Virus record (IMG/VR): IMGVR_UViG_3300042196_000317
Location: 1 to 45,875 of that record
Length of the DNA stretch: 45,875 nt
Source: a virus
Taxonomy: Duplodnaviria > Caudoviricetes
Reading direction: 5' to 3' (one strand)
This document shows, piece by piece, positions 16,701 to 24,459 of the stretch (positions are counted from its first letter, which is position 1; each line of letters starts with the position of its first letter). A program made the translations under genes and the position numbers. The notes below the pieces were generated by a model. The model had not been told where the DNA came from and ran no database searches. It saw only the letters and a list, made by a program, of their open reading frames with translations.

Positions 16701-18943
16701 TCGTCGTCGGTCGCGCCCTGCTTCTTGAGCCAGCTCATCCAGACGTCTTGGGGCGCCTTGCCCGGCGTCTTGCCGCTCGCGAGCGCGACCTCGGCCTTCG
16801 TCCAGTACTTGCCGCTGAAGGCCGCGAAGCCGCCGCGGCCCGCGATCGGCGACCGAGCCAGAGCCCGCCCGATCCCCGGCAAGCCGAGCGCGACCGCCGC
16901 TCCGATGAGCGCACCGCGGGCGGGCGTGACCTCCGAGCCCTCGGGCACACCGACAGCGGCGCCGGCCGCCGCTCCGACCGCCGCGCGGCCGAGCGGACGC
17001 TGCGCCGCGCGCGCGATCTCCTCGAGGGGCCTCGACGCGGCGGCGTCCATCGACTTCGGTCGTGCGGCACGCGCGGCCGCAGACTCCGGCGCCTCACCCG
17101 GTCGGGGCTCGGCCGCTCGGGCCTGCCTGGCGGCCGCTGCTGGCGCGTCAGGCGCCTCACGGGGTGCCGGTGCGGTCTCGGTGGGGGTTTCACGTGAAAC
17201 GCCTCCTGGGGCATCCTCGCGCGTCCCCGGAGCGACGACGTCACGGGCGCGGGCCTTGCCGGATGCAGCCTTCGCGGCACCTGCGGCCTCGTCGGCCGCG
17301 GAGAACGTGTCGCCCACGCCGTAGCGGACGCTGTTCGTGAAGGGCGTGCCTTCGATCGGTCGCTCGCCGAACGCGTCGGAGATCGCGCGGCCGAGCTCGT
17401 CGGCCTGGCCCTTCGGCGCCGCAATCACGAACTCGTCACCGCCAGCACGGAAGAGGCCGCGCGGCTCGATCCCGGCCTCCCGTGCATGGCCCTTCACGAC
17501 CGCACCGATCTCGCGCAGCACGTCGTCGCCCGCCTCGAGCCCGAGGTTGTCGTTGACCGCCTTCAGGTTGTCGACGTCGAGGATCACGAACTCCGTGCCC
17601 GGCTCCGCGTCGAGCCTGCCCTTCGCACGCTGGAAGGCGGTCTGGTTGCCGAGCCCCGTGAGCGGGTCCGTGTACGCGTCGTCGAGCTCGGAGCGCACGG
17701 TCGGGTCCACGACCTCGGCCAGGCGCCGGCGCAGCGTCGGCCGCGCCGGCTTCTCGACCATCGCCTCGCGGGCGACCGTCTGGAGCTCGGCGGGCAGCTC
17801 GTCGATCGCGCGCTGCATCGCTTCGGCCTCGGCGCCGGTCGCTTCCGCGGCCGCCCGGCCGAGCTCGGAGGCTCGCGGCTTCGCTCGCGCCCGCTGAGCC
17901 GCCGTGAGCACCTCGCCGAACACCTCGCCGAGACCCCACCCGGTGAGCACCTCGAAGGCGCCCCTGGACACCGGATCGGCCGCGACCTCGCCGAGCTCCG
18001 TGTCGCCGGTCAGCTCGGCGAGCGCGCCGGCCATCGACTCCTCGGGCCCGGCCTGCGAGATCGCGACGTCGATCGGAGCTCCGGTGACGAACGACTGGAT
18101 CGCGCGCTGGGCCCGGCCCTCGGGCGACGCGAGCAGCCGCGTGAACCGACTGGCCTTCTCGAGACCGCCCGCCGCGCGCGCCACGCGCTGCGCCGCGAGG
18201 CCGGGCACCATGAACTGCGTCCCTTCCCCGACGAGCTGCGTGCCGATGTTGGCCGCCATGCCGAGGCCGGTATCGGCCTCGCCGTACGTTTCACGAGCGA
18301 GCTCGCGCCCCGCACGCAAGTTGGCGGCCGTACGATCGGCGCCGACGAGCTCGCTCGATCCGATCGCCGTACGATACCCGACCTCCGACGCTCCACGGCC
18401 GACCTGACGCGCGACGTCCTCGCCCATCGCGCCGACGCCACGGCCGGCTTTCTCGGCCTCCGCCGCCGGGCTGTACGAGATCGCCTCATCACCGCGGCGC
18501 GACGGACCCGCCTTCAGGGCGTCGAGCGCGCGCTGCATCAGTGGACGGTCGTCCTTCGGCTCCTCCTCCTCCGGCTCCTCCCTGTCGCGCTGGATGAACG
18601 GTTCACCGCCCGGCACGGCTCGAGCGAGCGTACTGCCCACCGCCCGCACGCCACGCCCGATCCGCGACAGCACGCTCGGCTCCTCGGGTTCCGGCTCCGG
18701 AGCGGCGGCCGCGTGCGGATCGTCGAGGTGGCGAGCCGGAGGCTGCGGGCCAGCGGACGCACCCGGCCCCGGTCCGCTAGCTCGGGCCGGTCGTCGAGTC
18801 AGCGGAGGCTCGGAAGTAGGACGTTCTTGCGTCGTAGCACCGGCGGGATCCGGCGCTCCTCCGGCCTCCTGCTGCTGGCGGATGCGGTCGAGCGTCTGCT
18901 GGCGACGGATCCGCGCGAGGAGATCCTGGCTCGTGGTGCCCAC
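10787..18943 (-). CDS. Giant polyvalent internal-virion/DNA-ejection protein (2718 aa): GGDEF domain, Gly/Ala hydrophobic hairpins, HExxH metallopeptidase-like region, C-terminal LPD38-like domain
   Basis: TDPLTGLGN..ILDVDNLKAVND..GDDVL..RAGGDEF (~17270-17680); GHEAGH..REGWAE (13787-13801); WKRDLFWLIKIG..IPKPFELG..ENAVNYSFFLRRPIVP (~11230-11715). Its position after the tail genes and two smaller ejection-type genes is typical of podoviruses. Confidence 0.85.
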   Translation of the reverse strand: MGTTSQDLLARIRRQQTLDRIRQQQEAGGAPDPAGATTQERPTSEPPLTRRPARASGPGPGASAGPQPPARHLDDPHAAAAPEPEPEEPSVLSRIGRGVRAVGSTLARAVPGGEPFIQRDREEPEEEEPKDDRPLMQRALDALKAGPSRRGDEAISYSPAAEAEKAGRGVGAMGEDVARQVGRGASEVGYRTAIGSSELVGADRTAANLRAGRELARETYGEADTGLGMAANIGTQLVGEGTQFMVPGLAAQRVARAAGGLEKASRFTRLLASPEGRAQRAIQSFVTGAPIDVAISQAGPEESMAGALAELTGDTELGEVAADPVSRGAFEVLTGWGLGEVFGEVLTAAQRARAKPRASELGRAAAEATGAEAEAMQRAIDELPAELQTVAREAMVEKPARPTLRRRLAEVVDPTVRSELDDAYTDPLTGLGNQTAFQRAKGRLDAEPGTEFVILDVDNLKAVNDNLGLEAGDDVLREIGAVVKGHAREAGIEPRGLFRAGGDEFVIAAPKGQADELGRAISDAFGERPIEGTPFTNSVRYGVGDTFSAADEAAGAAKAASGKARARDVVAPGTREDAPGGVSRETPTETAPAPREAPDAPAAAARQARAAEPRPGEAPESAAARAARPKSMDAAASRPLEEIARAAQRPLGRAAVGAAAGAAVGVPEGSEVTPARGALIGAAVALGLPGIGRALARSPIAGRGGFAAFSGKYWTKAEVALASGKTPGKAPQDVWMSWLKKQGATDDELELISRRMSWVGSEKTQYTTEDLQGIVREHGLRSRLEEEVLTEDADPDALYDLEQARERLAEAESEELDLMARIDDYDAGGVGRDAIETDVYDGLLEWVDHLPLDRPPDEMRVRHPRDSLLDDLFTAATDMVREGERTPGRVIEALELRVTEALRQHNPHLGYNEIDDVMDAVPRRVFHDVEDRVVALTDLAEEIEEMQVELERVMDEVVGYRSEVEAFGEERAGEGGARFPDNYQQPGGYDYHELLVKLRGSTFVKSEHFPQPGVMGFTRAKMRDEAVRLDRSDIGPVYHVEERQADHHQVGRKEGYRETQMPAGWTVREFDPAGDADWLAKAYGRPELADELKRGDMDALGSAEDWRYVVQDGAQRVRAHGASPAAAEHVAMTRPRAVPDAPWKSTNQWTGVMLRRELVEAIDRGARFFTWASGEQAGMNYSLAQFGIRRLEYDPTTGRLLGFDANGRQTVNEIYPVEADPEVFVDASTGLARIEPRSYPRTLRDAIGKDLAEKLLAQSRAVVGASPPARQLIDMQSRSDYHSYPSGHMLVATPDYREGRPGRVLADGPIRLVLINDVREELIELVGDADEVLQQYDDWAASAFGDVAAPRVEGPHQLELDENTQIGGRGHNKLYNDIAVKEARRLLKELGVDVQIEAVTLPGTGAVVGGRWISEVSMQGPSMPGLLPELSKLRTSMIEGGFGRQIYDASEAIRHAFADGLSGEDALERGRRRYFDELLGTFTDEAKAEGQAAWDRAFTPAILEEILAVPAYKAPPTNLGFEITDELAAKVAEKGQRLGFAHPALIRPAGGAAIGAVAGAASSDELDVDPVLAAFLGASLGAGFGLRGMGRRGPSPTARRALETLNPTLRRVRTGEAVDALAPAAQAGERLPSAGKFYDDPAAASADLVSPIAIVEGLSAAMSEAFEGAGLGLGLKTAAGQVRGKGPLRGALGIFKTRAQVVRQIDISDVPVFGHEAGHAMHKLFFGTTPAGALSDADLKVLPGAIRGELQALSDAIGQPDKLREGWAEVWRRYLDNPDALGREAPQTLAFIEQRLTGFPELTEAWGLAREDWRRYRESDALSRISSKVSVGDREVEVLTVADRWSRFRTSVIDDMEPVRRITQAIRETVGIDSFAEEADALARLVRGSVGVGMHFLEHGSLNFHTLKKVGPALAEVLGPVKPDLDDFRLYMVSRRAQELHTRDKMTGFRAEDVDSAVRQLEAKHGRTFTRAFDGIQKWNESLLRYLRDAGVVSPDSYKAILDLNQSYVPFYRVIEGGRAGGLGETYGHLFSPIKQLKGSGRDVIDPLESLAKNALLYTQVAQKQQVSRALAALADKEGVGPILEELGTPIKRSQFRLGEIEKQLEDVLPGADQLLGEARAKAKKRYEAATAGMTPEEVAASGIVLEDPAEEILAFYRPGDFMGRQNTISVLREGKRVYYEVDAELYASLEGLNREQLDGWARFLGLPARTLRAGATLAPEFLIRNPARDQVAAFIQSEYGIVPGLDLARGMFELLRKGDAYQQWLSAGGYRAALTSLDRNTMQASVRQLVEAGGVENVIKHPFDALQALSALLEDGTRMGEFLRARKKLGTSKQALQRAALASREVSIDFARHGAKTAAVRNLSAFWNARLQGYDRMFRAAKSNPRRFAAKAFGIITMPSLLEYYANMDDPDYWEQPQWKRDLFWLIKIGDSFAAIPKPFELGLVFGTLPVRILDSAIGGPGGGHELRGFLEELVKGEVTGTIPTPNAIQPLLENAVNYSFFLRRPIVPRSEQEIHPELQAGPYTSEAAKMLARWTSGAPILEDVVGSPRQIDNLLFAWTGGLGRLATEVTDPLLEGRVPFLQEPDVPEIGKRFTELPGIRGVTDPQAGFSSESVERFYQLHQQARVAVNSLRFLDRIQDAEAYERELNDPEMAELRSREPDLRAAADDLAELRAQLEAIRRDPDMTSQEKRQAVDELGLEARRIAQSVLGRQLPGD
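17187..17200. promoter_or_regulatory. parS-like palindrome GTTTCACGTGAAAC (encodes VSRET)
   Basis: Perfect 14-bp core of the bacterial chromosomal parS consensus TGTTTCACGTGAAACA; only the outer bases differ. Confidence 0.6.
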
Positions 18944-18944
18944 C

Positions 18945-20216
18945 TTACCGGCCCCGCTCCCACAGCTCGAGGAGCTCTTCCGCCGAGAGCCCTGGGTTCG
19001 CTCTCACGAGCTCGGCGAGCTCCTCGTCGGTCGGCTCCGCACCAGCTTCGCCACCGGGAGCGCCTCCGGCGCCGGGGCCGGGGCCGGCGCCCTCGCCGCC
19101 GACGCCCTCCAGGCGCAGCGTACGCATCTCCTCCTCGAACTCGCGGCCGGACGTGAACCCGAAGGAGCTCAGGATCGAATTGATCTCCTCGGTCAGGTAT
19201 CCGGGAGGCATGTTGCGCCGCTCGTACGCGCTCATCTCGCGCACCTCGTTCCTGATCCGCTCGATCGAGCGCGCGGCGGCCATCGCGATCTGACGGCGAG
19301 TGACCTCGCCGGTGATACGCGGGTCGCCGCCGGAACCGCCACCACCGCCGGTGCTGCGCGCCTCGGCGAGGACGCGCTGCCACTCAACCGCCGCGGTCTG
19401 GCCAGCCGACGTGTTGGGGAAGTCGCGTCCGCCGATCCGGATCCGGTCCTCGTCCTCGTCGCCGAAGACTTGGGACGCGGGCACGTCGAGCTCGAGGAGC
19501 TCAGCCTGGAGCTCGGGCGGCACGCCGCCGCCGGTGCCCTCGCTGTCCTGGAGCTCGGCGAGCGCGGTGGTGAGCCGCCCCCGGCGTTCGACGTCGCGTG
19601 CGCTCTCCCGGGTCTCGCGCCGCCCCTCGGGCGAGCGGGCGGGATCGAAGTAGCGATCCTCGGTCACCTGCTCGACGCCGGGTCGCGTGCGCCGGCGGGG
19701 CGTCGCTGCCCGGGCCTGCGTCGCTGCCACGAAGTCCTGATCGGTGATCGCCTGCGGCGTGAACCCGAGGCCCTCGACGTAGGAACCGGGCAGCGCGAGG
19801 ACCTGGGGCTCGGGCGGTTCGGGCGGCTCGAACTCGTCGATCGAGCCGAGCGCCTGCTGCGTCCGTTGGCCGGCGAGACCCGGAAGAGCACCCTGGAAGA
19901 GCGCCGGCGCCTCGGAGCCCTGACGCTGCATCCCGATGCCCTCGCCGGCGAAGATGTCCTCGTCGGCCGGGACCTCCTCGGTCGCCTCGTCGCGGCCGAC
20001 GAAGCCTCGGGAGTACAGATCGAGCTCGCGGTCCTCCTCCTGCTGCCCACGCTGACGCTCGCGCTCCTCCTCGGCGCGTTGGCGTTCCTCCTCGTCGCGC
20101 TGGCGGCTCTTCTCGCGCGTGTAGCCGGACGCGCCCGACGTCGCGATGTGAGAGAGCGCGTCGAGGGCGCTCGGGACTCGGGTGTAGCCGGGGTCGCGTG
20201 GGCTGTACCTCGCCAT
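18945..20216 (-). CDS. Putative internal virion/ejection protein
   Basis: Position between the small ejection-type gene and the giant gene; charged coiled-coil N-terminus and low-complexity composition. Confidence 0.6.
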   Translation of the reverse strand: MARYSPRDPGYTRVPSALDALSHIATSGASGYTREKSRQRDEEERQRAEEERERQRGQQEEDRELDLYSRGFVGRDEATEEVPADEDIFAGEGIGMQRQGSEAPALFQGALPGLAGQRTQQALGSIDEFEPPEPPEPQVLALPGSYVEGLGFTPQAITDQDFVAATQARAATPRRRTRPGVEQVTEDRYFDPARSPEGRRETRESARDVERRGRLTTALAELQDSEGTGGGVPPELQAELLELDVPASQVFGDEDEDRIRIGGRDFPNTSAGQTAAVEWQRVLAEARSTGGGGGSGGDPRITGEVTRRQIAMAAARSIERIRNEVREMSAYERRNMPPGYLTEEINSILSSFGFTSGREFEEEMRTLRLEGVGGEGAGPGPGAGGAPGGEAGAEPTDEELAELVRANPGLSAEELLELWERGR

Positions 20217-20233
20217 GTGGGGTTACCCTCCTC

Positions 20234-20869
20234 TCAGGTCGCCAGAGCGGCCGCAGCGCCGCCCGGCCCACCGGCGAGGAATCCGCCGGCTCCCTTCGCG
20301 ATCGTGCCGAGCGCGCTGAACAGCCCCGACCGCTTGTCCGCCTTCTTCCGGCGCTCCATCTCCTCCTCGAGGAAGCTCGCGTCGCGTTCGGAGCCGAGCA
20401 CCTCGAGGTAACGGTTCGTCTGCTGGCCGCCGAGCCCGGCCAGCTGGCCGGTCGCGCTGAGGTTGAGGCCCTGCGCCTGGAGCGCGTTCTGAGCGAGCTG
20501 ACGGTTCAGGTCCTCGAGCGAGCCCTCGACCAGGCGGTCCTCGTCCTCGAAGCCGAAGCCCGAGTTGATGCGTCCGCGGCCGACCTGGCTCCCGCGCAGC
20601 GACTCGATGTTCCTGCCGAGGTCCTTCTCGAAGGTCTCGTACTGAGCGCGCCCGGCTCGGGCCGCGCCCTCCTCGGCGTCGAAGTCGCGGAGCCGCTCGC
20701 CGGCGACGTCCTCGGCCTCGGTGCCGCGCATCCGGTCGCGCTCCGCCTGGCCCATGAACTGCCGGCTGATGCCCGCTCGCCCGCCGCCCGCGTTGCGGTC
20801 CCGGCCTCGCTTGAAGATCGACATGTAGTCGCGCGGGGTGTTGCTCCCGTATCCCACTCCTGGCGGCAT
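20234..20869 (-). CDS. Putative small DNA-ejection/pilot protein
   Basis: Q/A/G-rich helical body with a hydrophobic Gly-rich C-terminus (GLFSALGTIAKGAGGFLAGGPGGAAAALA). Confidence 0.6.
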   Translation of the reverse strand: MPPGVGYGSNTPRDYMSIFKRGRDRNAGGGRAGISRQFMGQAERDRMRGTEAEDVAGERLRDFDAEEGAARAGRAQYETFEKDLGRNIESLRGSQVGRGRINSGFGFEDEDRLVEGSLEDLNRQLAQNALQAQGLNLSATGQLAGLGGQQTNRYLEVLGSERDASFLEEEMERRKKADKRSGLFSALGTIAKGAGGFLAGGPGGAAAALAT

Positions 20870-20878
20870 GCTTCCCTC

Positions 20879-21079
20879 CTACTCGGTATAGAGAACGTGG
20901 GCGCGGTAGCTGGCCGCGCTGTCGACGTCGCCCGCCTCGAAGCTCATCCCGACGACGCGCTCCTCAGTCCTCGAGGACAGCCACGCTTGGAGCTCGTCCT
21001 GGAGCGCCTCGAGCGTCGCCTGCTCGAAGAGCTCGACCTTCACGTCGCGCGCCAGGAGGATGTCGAGCAGCATCGTCAC
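20879..21079 (-). CDS. Small hypothetical protein (possible tail-fibre chaperone)
   Basis: GTGA-coupled to the preceding tail gene. Confidence 0.55.
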   Translation of the reverse strand: MTMLLDILLARDVKVELFEQATLEALQDELQAWLSSRTEERVVGMSFEAGDVDSAASYRAHVLYTE

Positions 21080-22734
21080 TCCTCCTCGGGCAGGAAGACG
21101 GAGACCTGCACGCCGAACTCGCCGAAGTCGTCGACCGCGAAGCTGGTCAGCTTGTGGCGCAGGTTCATCTCGAGCTGGAACTCGCCCGGCGGCACGTTGT
21201 TCAGAAAGCCGCTGATGACCTCCGTCGCCCCCGCCGCCGCGGTCGCCCGGAGCTGGAGCGGGCCGTTGTCACCCGCGTCGTCGTAGGAGTCGTGGAGCTC
21301 CGTCTCGAGCGTCACGTCGCCAGGGATGAAGCCGATCGTGTAGCCGCTGTGCGCGGTGACTTGGTAGTTGTACACCGGCGTCGTCGCCGGACCGCTCCAC
21401 ACGCGCGTGGCGGGCCCCTGCGGGCCGATCCCGGTCGCGACCGCGTAGAAGTAGCCGACCTCGCCCGCGATCGTCTCGTCGACGTACGTGACCGGGTCGA
21501 CGTGCGGGCCGGCGATCGTGTCGAGCAGCGTGTAGTCGGACTCGGCCGCCGTGCGCCGGTAGACGAGGATGTCCTGGGCGAGCGCTCCAACGTTGGGCTC
21601 GATCGTGAGCGTGACACGTTCAGCCGCTCCACCCGTCCGGGTCCACACGGCGGACTCGATCACCGCCGGGTCGACCGTCGTCGTGAACGTGCCGCGGGAG
21701 ATCGACGGCCAGGTCGCCGGATCCGACGTGTCCTCCGCGCCCGGGTTGTAGAGCAGCCCCCGGCGGTACCGCAGCGCGATATCGTAGTTCTGGCCGGGGT
21801 CGAGGTCCGACAGTCTCACGACCTGGTCGGCGCCCGCGCTGACGGGCACGCTACGCGAGAGGAACCACGGGCCATTCTCTGAGGGGATGTCGTCCGGCCC
21901 GACCGGCGGCCACGCGACCGGCTCACTCGACCATGAAAGAAACGCGACCCGCGTTGGCCGGTCGTTCGTCGTCACGGCTCCGGGCAACAGCCACCCGACG
22001 CCAGGGCCACCCGTAACTCCTTCCTCGCCGTTCGTTTCACAGTCCCACGCGCCAGGCTCATCCCCCCACTCACCCGTCCAGATCTTGATCTTCCACTGCG
22101 ACGTGCCAGCCGACTCGGCCTCATGGAGGCGCCGCATCCGAATCCAGATCCACTGACTGACCGGCTCCCCCGCCGCGGTGTCGCACTGGAGCGGGAGGAG
22201 GCCACCAGCACCGAGCGCCTGCGAGATCGCGTTCGCTTCGTAGTCTCCGGGCCCGCGCTTAAACATCGACCCGCCCACACCAGCGGGCGCGTTCGGCGCT
22301 ACGCCGTCGATGCAGAAACCGCCGCCTCCGATTCGGCGATTGTTGATGGTGTGGTCCATGCTCCACACCCTTGCGACGATCTCGCCCGAGTCGCCCATCA
22401 GACCTGACCACGCGTCGAAGACAACGGCCCTGCTGTCCGTGAACGTCGGGACAAACTCCAAGTAGCGCCCGACTGTCCCTCCTCCGTCGAAGACCTCCCA
22501 CGCGGGGGCGCCCTGACCGATGTGCGTCAGGCCGGCAGGTAGGCCAGCGCCCACAGCGAACTCGGAGAAGTCAGAAGCCCCGCGCATCACGCCGGGGGCC
22601 GGCGAGTTCGCGCCGCCCGACCCGGCGAAGGTCTGGCGCAACCAGAGCTCGAGCGTCTCGTCGCCGTCCTGGTTGTGGTTGCGCACGCCGACGTCGACGA
22701 AGGTGCCGGCCGGTACGGTCGGGATCGGGCTCAT
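21076..22734 (-). CDS. Putative tail fibre/receptor-binding protein with beta-sandwich (FN3/lectin-like) domains
   Basis: Beta-rich; LSDLDPGQNYDIALRY and YVDETIAGEVGYFYAV are FN3-like; located in the tail module. Confidence 0.55.
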   Translation of the reverse strand: MSPIPTVPAGTFVDVGVRNHNQDGDETLELWLRQTFAGSGGANSPAPGVMRGASDFSEFAVGAGLPAGLTHIGQGAPAWEVFDGGGTVGRYLEFVPTFTDSRAVVFDAWSGLMGDSGEIVARVWSMDHTINNRRIGGGGFCIDGVAPNAPAGVGGSMFKRGPGDYEANAISQALGAGGLLPLQCDTAAGEPVSQWIWIRMRRLHEAESAGTSQWKIKIWTGEWGDEPGAWDCETNGEEGVTGGPGVGWLLPGAVTTNDRPTRVAFLSWSSEPVAWPPVGPDDIPSENGPWFLSRSVPVSAGADQVVRLSDLDPGQNYDIALRYRRGLLYNPGAEDTSDPATWPSISRGTFTTTVDPAVIESAVWTRTGGAAERVTLTIEPNVGALAQDILVYRRTAAESDYTLLDTIAGPHVDPVTYVDETIAGEVGYFYAVATGIGPQGPATRVWSGPATTPVYNYQVTAHSGYTIGFIPGDVTLETELHDSYDDAGDNGPLQLRATAAAGATEVISGFLNNVPPGEFQLEMNLRHKLTSFAVDDFGEFGVQVSVFLPEEE

Positions 22735-22738
22735 CGCA

Positions 22739-23968
22739 TCACTCCGGCGGCACGTACTCGGGGAAGCCAGTCGGCGCGAGCTGCTCCTCCGTGGGCTCGA
22801 AGAGCGTCATCGCGCCGTACGAGGCGAACCCGAGCGTCTGGTAGCTCCAGCGCCACCGGCCTTGAATCCTGGCGGTGACCGCATAGACGCGGCGCCCGAA
22901 CACCCACCAGGCGACACGCCGGCGTGGCACGTAGAACGCGTAGGCATCGGCGACCTCGCCCTCGGCGACCAGGTCGTCCGGCTCCCACGCGTCGAGCGCG
23001 AGCGGAATCTCGAGCGACTCGCTCGGCCCGAGGCCCTGCCAGACGCGAGGACCCTCCTCCGCCCACGCGACCGCGAAGCCCTCGATGTTCACCCACGCGC
23101 GTGAGGCGACGATGCCGTGGCGCGGGTCGATGAGCCGGATCCCGAACGTCGCGCGGTCGTAGCCGAAGATCGCGTGCGTCTCGAGGCCCTTCCACACGTT
23201 CAGGATCGCGCCTTCCCCGCCGAGCACGCCGGTAGGGCCACACGCCAGGACCGGGTCTCTACGGTCGCCCGCGATCCAGTAGTGGTTCTCGTCGAACGTA
23301 GTCGGATCGCCGGGCATCGAGATCCTCACCATCTCGGGCCGCACCTCGGTCGCCGTCCCGAAGCCCCAGCCGACGAGGTAGGCCAGGTGGCGTACGACGC
23401 CGCGGAAGCGGATCGCGTTGGCGACCACCACCGATTCGGCCGACTCGCCCGACTCGGCTACGGACTCGGTCGACGTGCCCGCGAACGTCGCCGTGAGCAC
23501 GTTCAAGAGCGCGGCGCCGGTGAGCGGGTCGTAGTACAGCGTCGGAGCTCGGCGGGTGACGAGGCTCTGGTCGTGCGCCATGAAGACGCGCCCGAACACC
23601 TCCGTCATGATGACGCGCGGCACGCCGGGCCCCCAGCCCGAGGGTAGGTCGTGGACCCACTCGCCGAGCAGCTCGACGAGACTGAGGTCCGGAGCGACCC
23701 GGTAGACGTAGACGCGCTCGGTCGTGCTGTCGTGGCCCACGACGATGCCGAGCCCGTCCGAGCGCAGCGGGAAGCCGGCAACCAGGCGGTCGACCTCGCC
23801 GAAGTCGCCCACCCCGGCCGGGACGAAGCCCGTACGGAGCTGCATCGAGCCCTCGTGGAGCAGCACGTTGCGCAGGTCCCGGAAGTCGACCGGACGCGTG
23901 ACCATCAGCCCGGACTCGCGGTCGAGCCCCTCGCCCGAGTACATCGGCGTCCGGCTACGCGGAGGCAT
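22739..23968 (-). CDS. Tail nozzle / DNA-stabilisation protein (P22 gp10 / T7 gp12-like beta-propeller part)
   Basis: DLRNVLLHEGSMQLRTG N-terminus, MVRISMPGDPTTF, IDPRHGIVASRAW; position after the adaptors. Confidence 0.6.
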   Translation of the reverse strand: MPPRSRTPMYSGEGLDRESGLMVTRPVDFRDLRNVLLHEGSMQLRTGFVPAGVGDFGEVDRLVAGFPLRSDGLGIVVGHDSTTERVYVYRVAPDLSLVELLGEWVHDLPSGWGPGVPRVIMTEVFGRVFMAHDQSLVTRRAPTLYYDPLTGAALLNVLTATFAGTSTESVAESGESAESVVVANAIRFRGVVRHLAYLVGWGFGTATEVRPEMVRISMPGDPTTFDENHYWIAGDRRDPVLACGPTGVLGGEGAILNVWKGLETHAIFGYDRATFGIRLIDPRHGIVASRAWVNIEGFAVAWAEEGPRVWQGLGPSESLEIPLALDAWEPDDLVAEGEVADAYAFYVPRRRVAWWVFGRRVYAVTARIQGRWRWSYQTLGFASYGAMTLFEPTEEQLAPTGFPEYVPPE

Positions 23969-24455
23969 TGACCGCCGCCCTACCCTCGGTCACGAGCTCG
24001 TGCTCGAGCTCCCAGCCCTCGACGATCAGGCGACCATCCGGGATCACGCCCACCGTGCGGAGGTCGGCCTGAAACCACGTGCCGCGCATCGCGTTCGCGA
24101 TCTGCGGGTCCGCCGCGCTCGGGTAGTAGCGGGCGAGCCCGATCTCGAGCACCTCGCGCGTCGGCTCGGCAACGGCCGGCCGCACGATGTCTATCGGGTC
24201 CTCTTCCACACCGTCGACGACCGGCGTGAGCCGCAGCGTCAGGTCCGCGTCGTTCGAGCGGAAGAGCGTCAGGTAGACGTTCGTGAAGATCGCCTCGCCG
24301 CCGACGCCGGCCGGAGCGTACTCGTTCGAGCGAGCTACGAGCTCGACGGGCACGCCGAGATCGTCGGCGTTCTCCTGGCCGCCCTGGGCGAGGTTGTCGT
24401 CGACGCCGAGGTACCAGTAGACCGTGACGTCGCGGGTCGGGAGCTGGAGCGGCAT
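23955..24455 (-). CDS. Virion tail protein resembling a nozzle C-terminal domain
   Basis: Beta-rich, ends MRGTWFQADL...RLIVEGWELEHE. Confidence 0.5.
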   Translation of the reverse strand: MPLQLPTRDVTVYWYLGVDDNLAQGGQENADDLGVPVELVARSNEYAPAGVGGEAIFTNVYLTLFRSNDADLTLRLTPVVDGVEEDPIDIVRPAVAEPTREVLEIGLARYYPSAADPQIANAMRGTWFQADLRTVGVIPDGRLIVEGWELEHELVTEGRAAVNASA

Positions 24456-24459
24456 CGGC

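Noticed and set aside
17486-20411. Long plus-strand ORFs (556 aa, 605 aa)
   Set aside because: Antisense shadows of the ejection genes, expected at this GC content.
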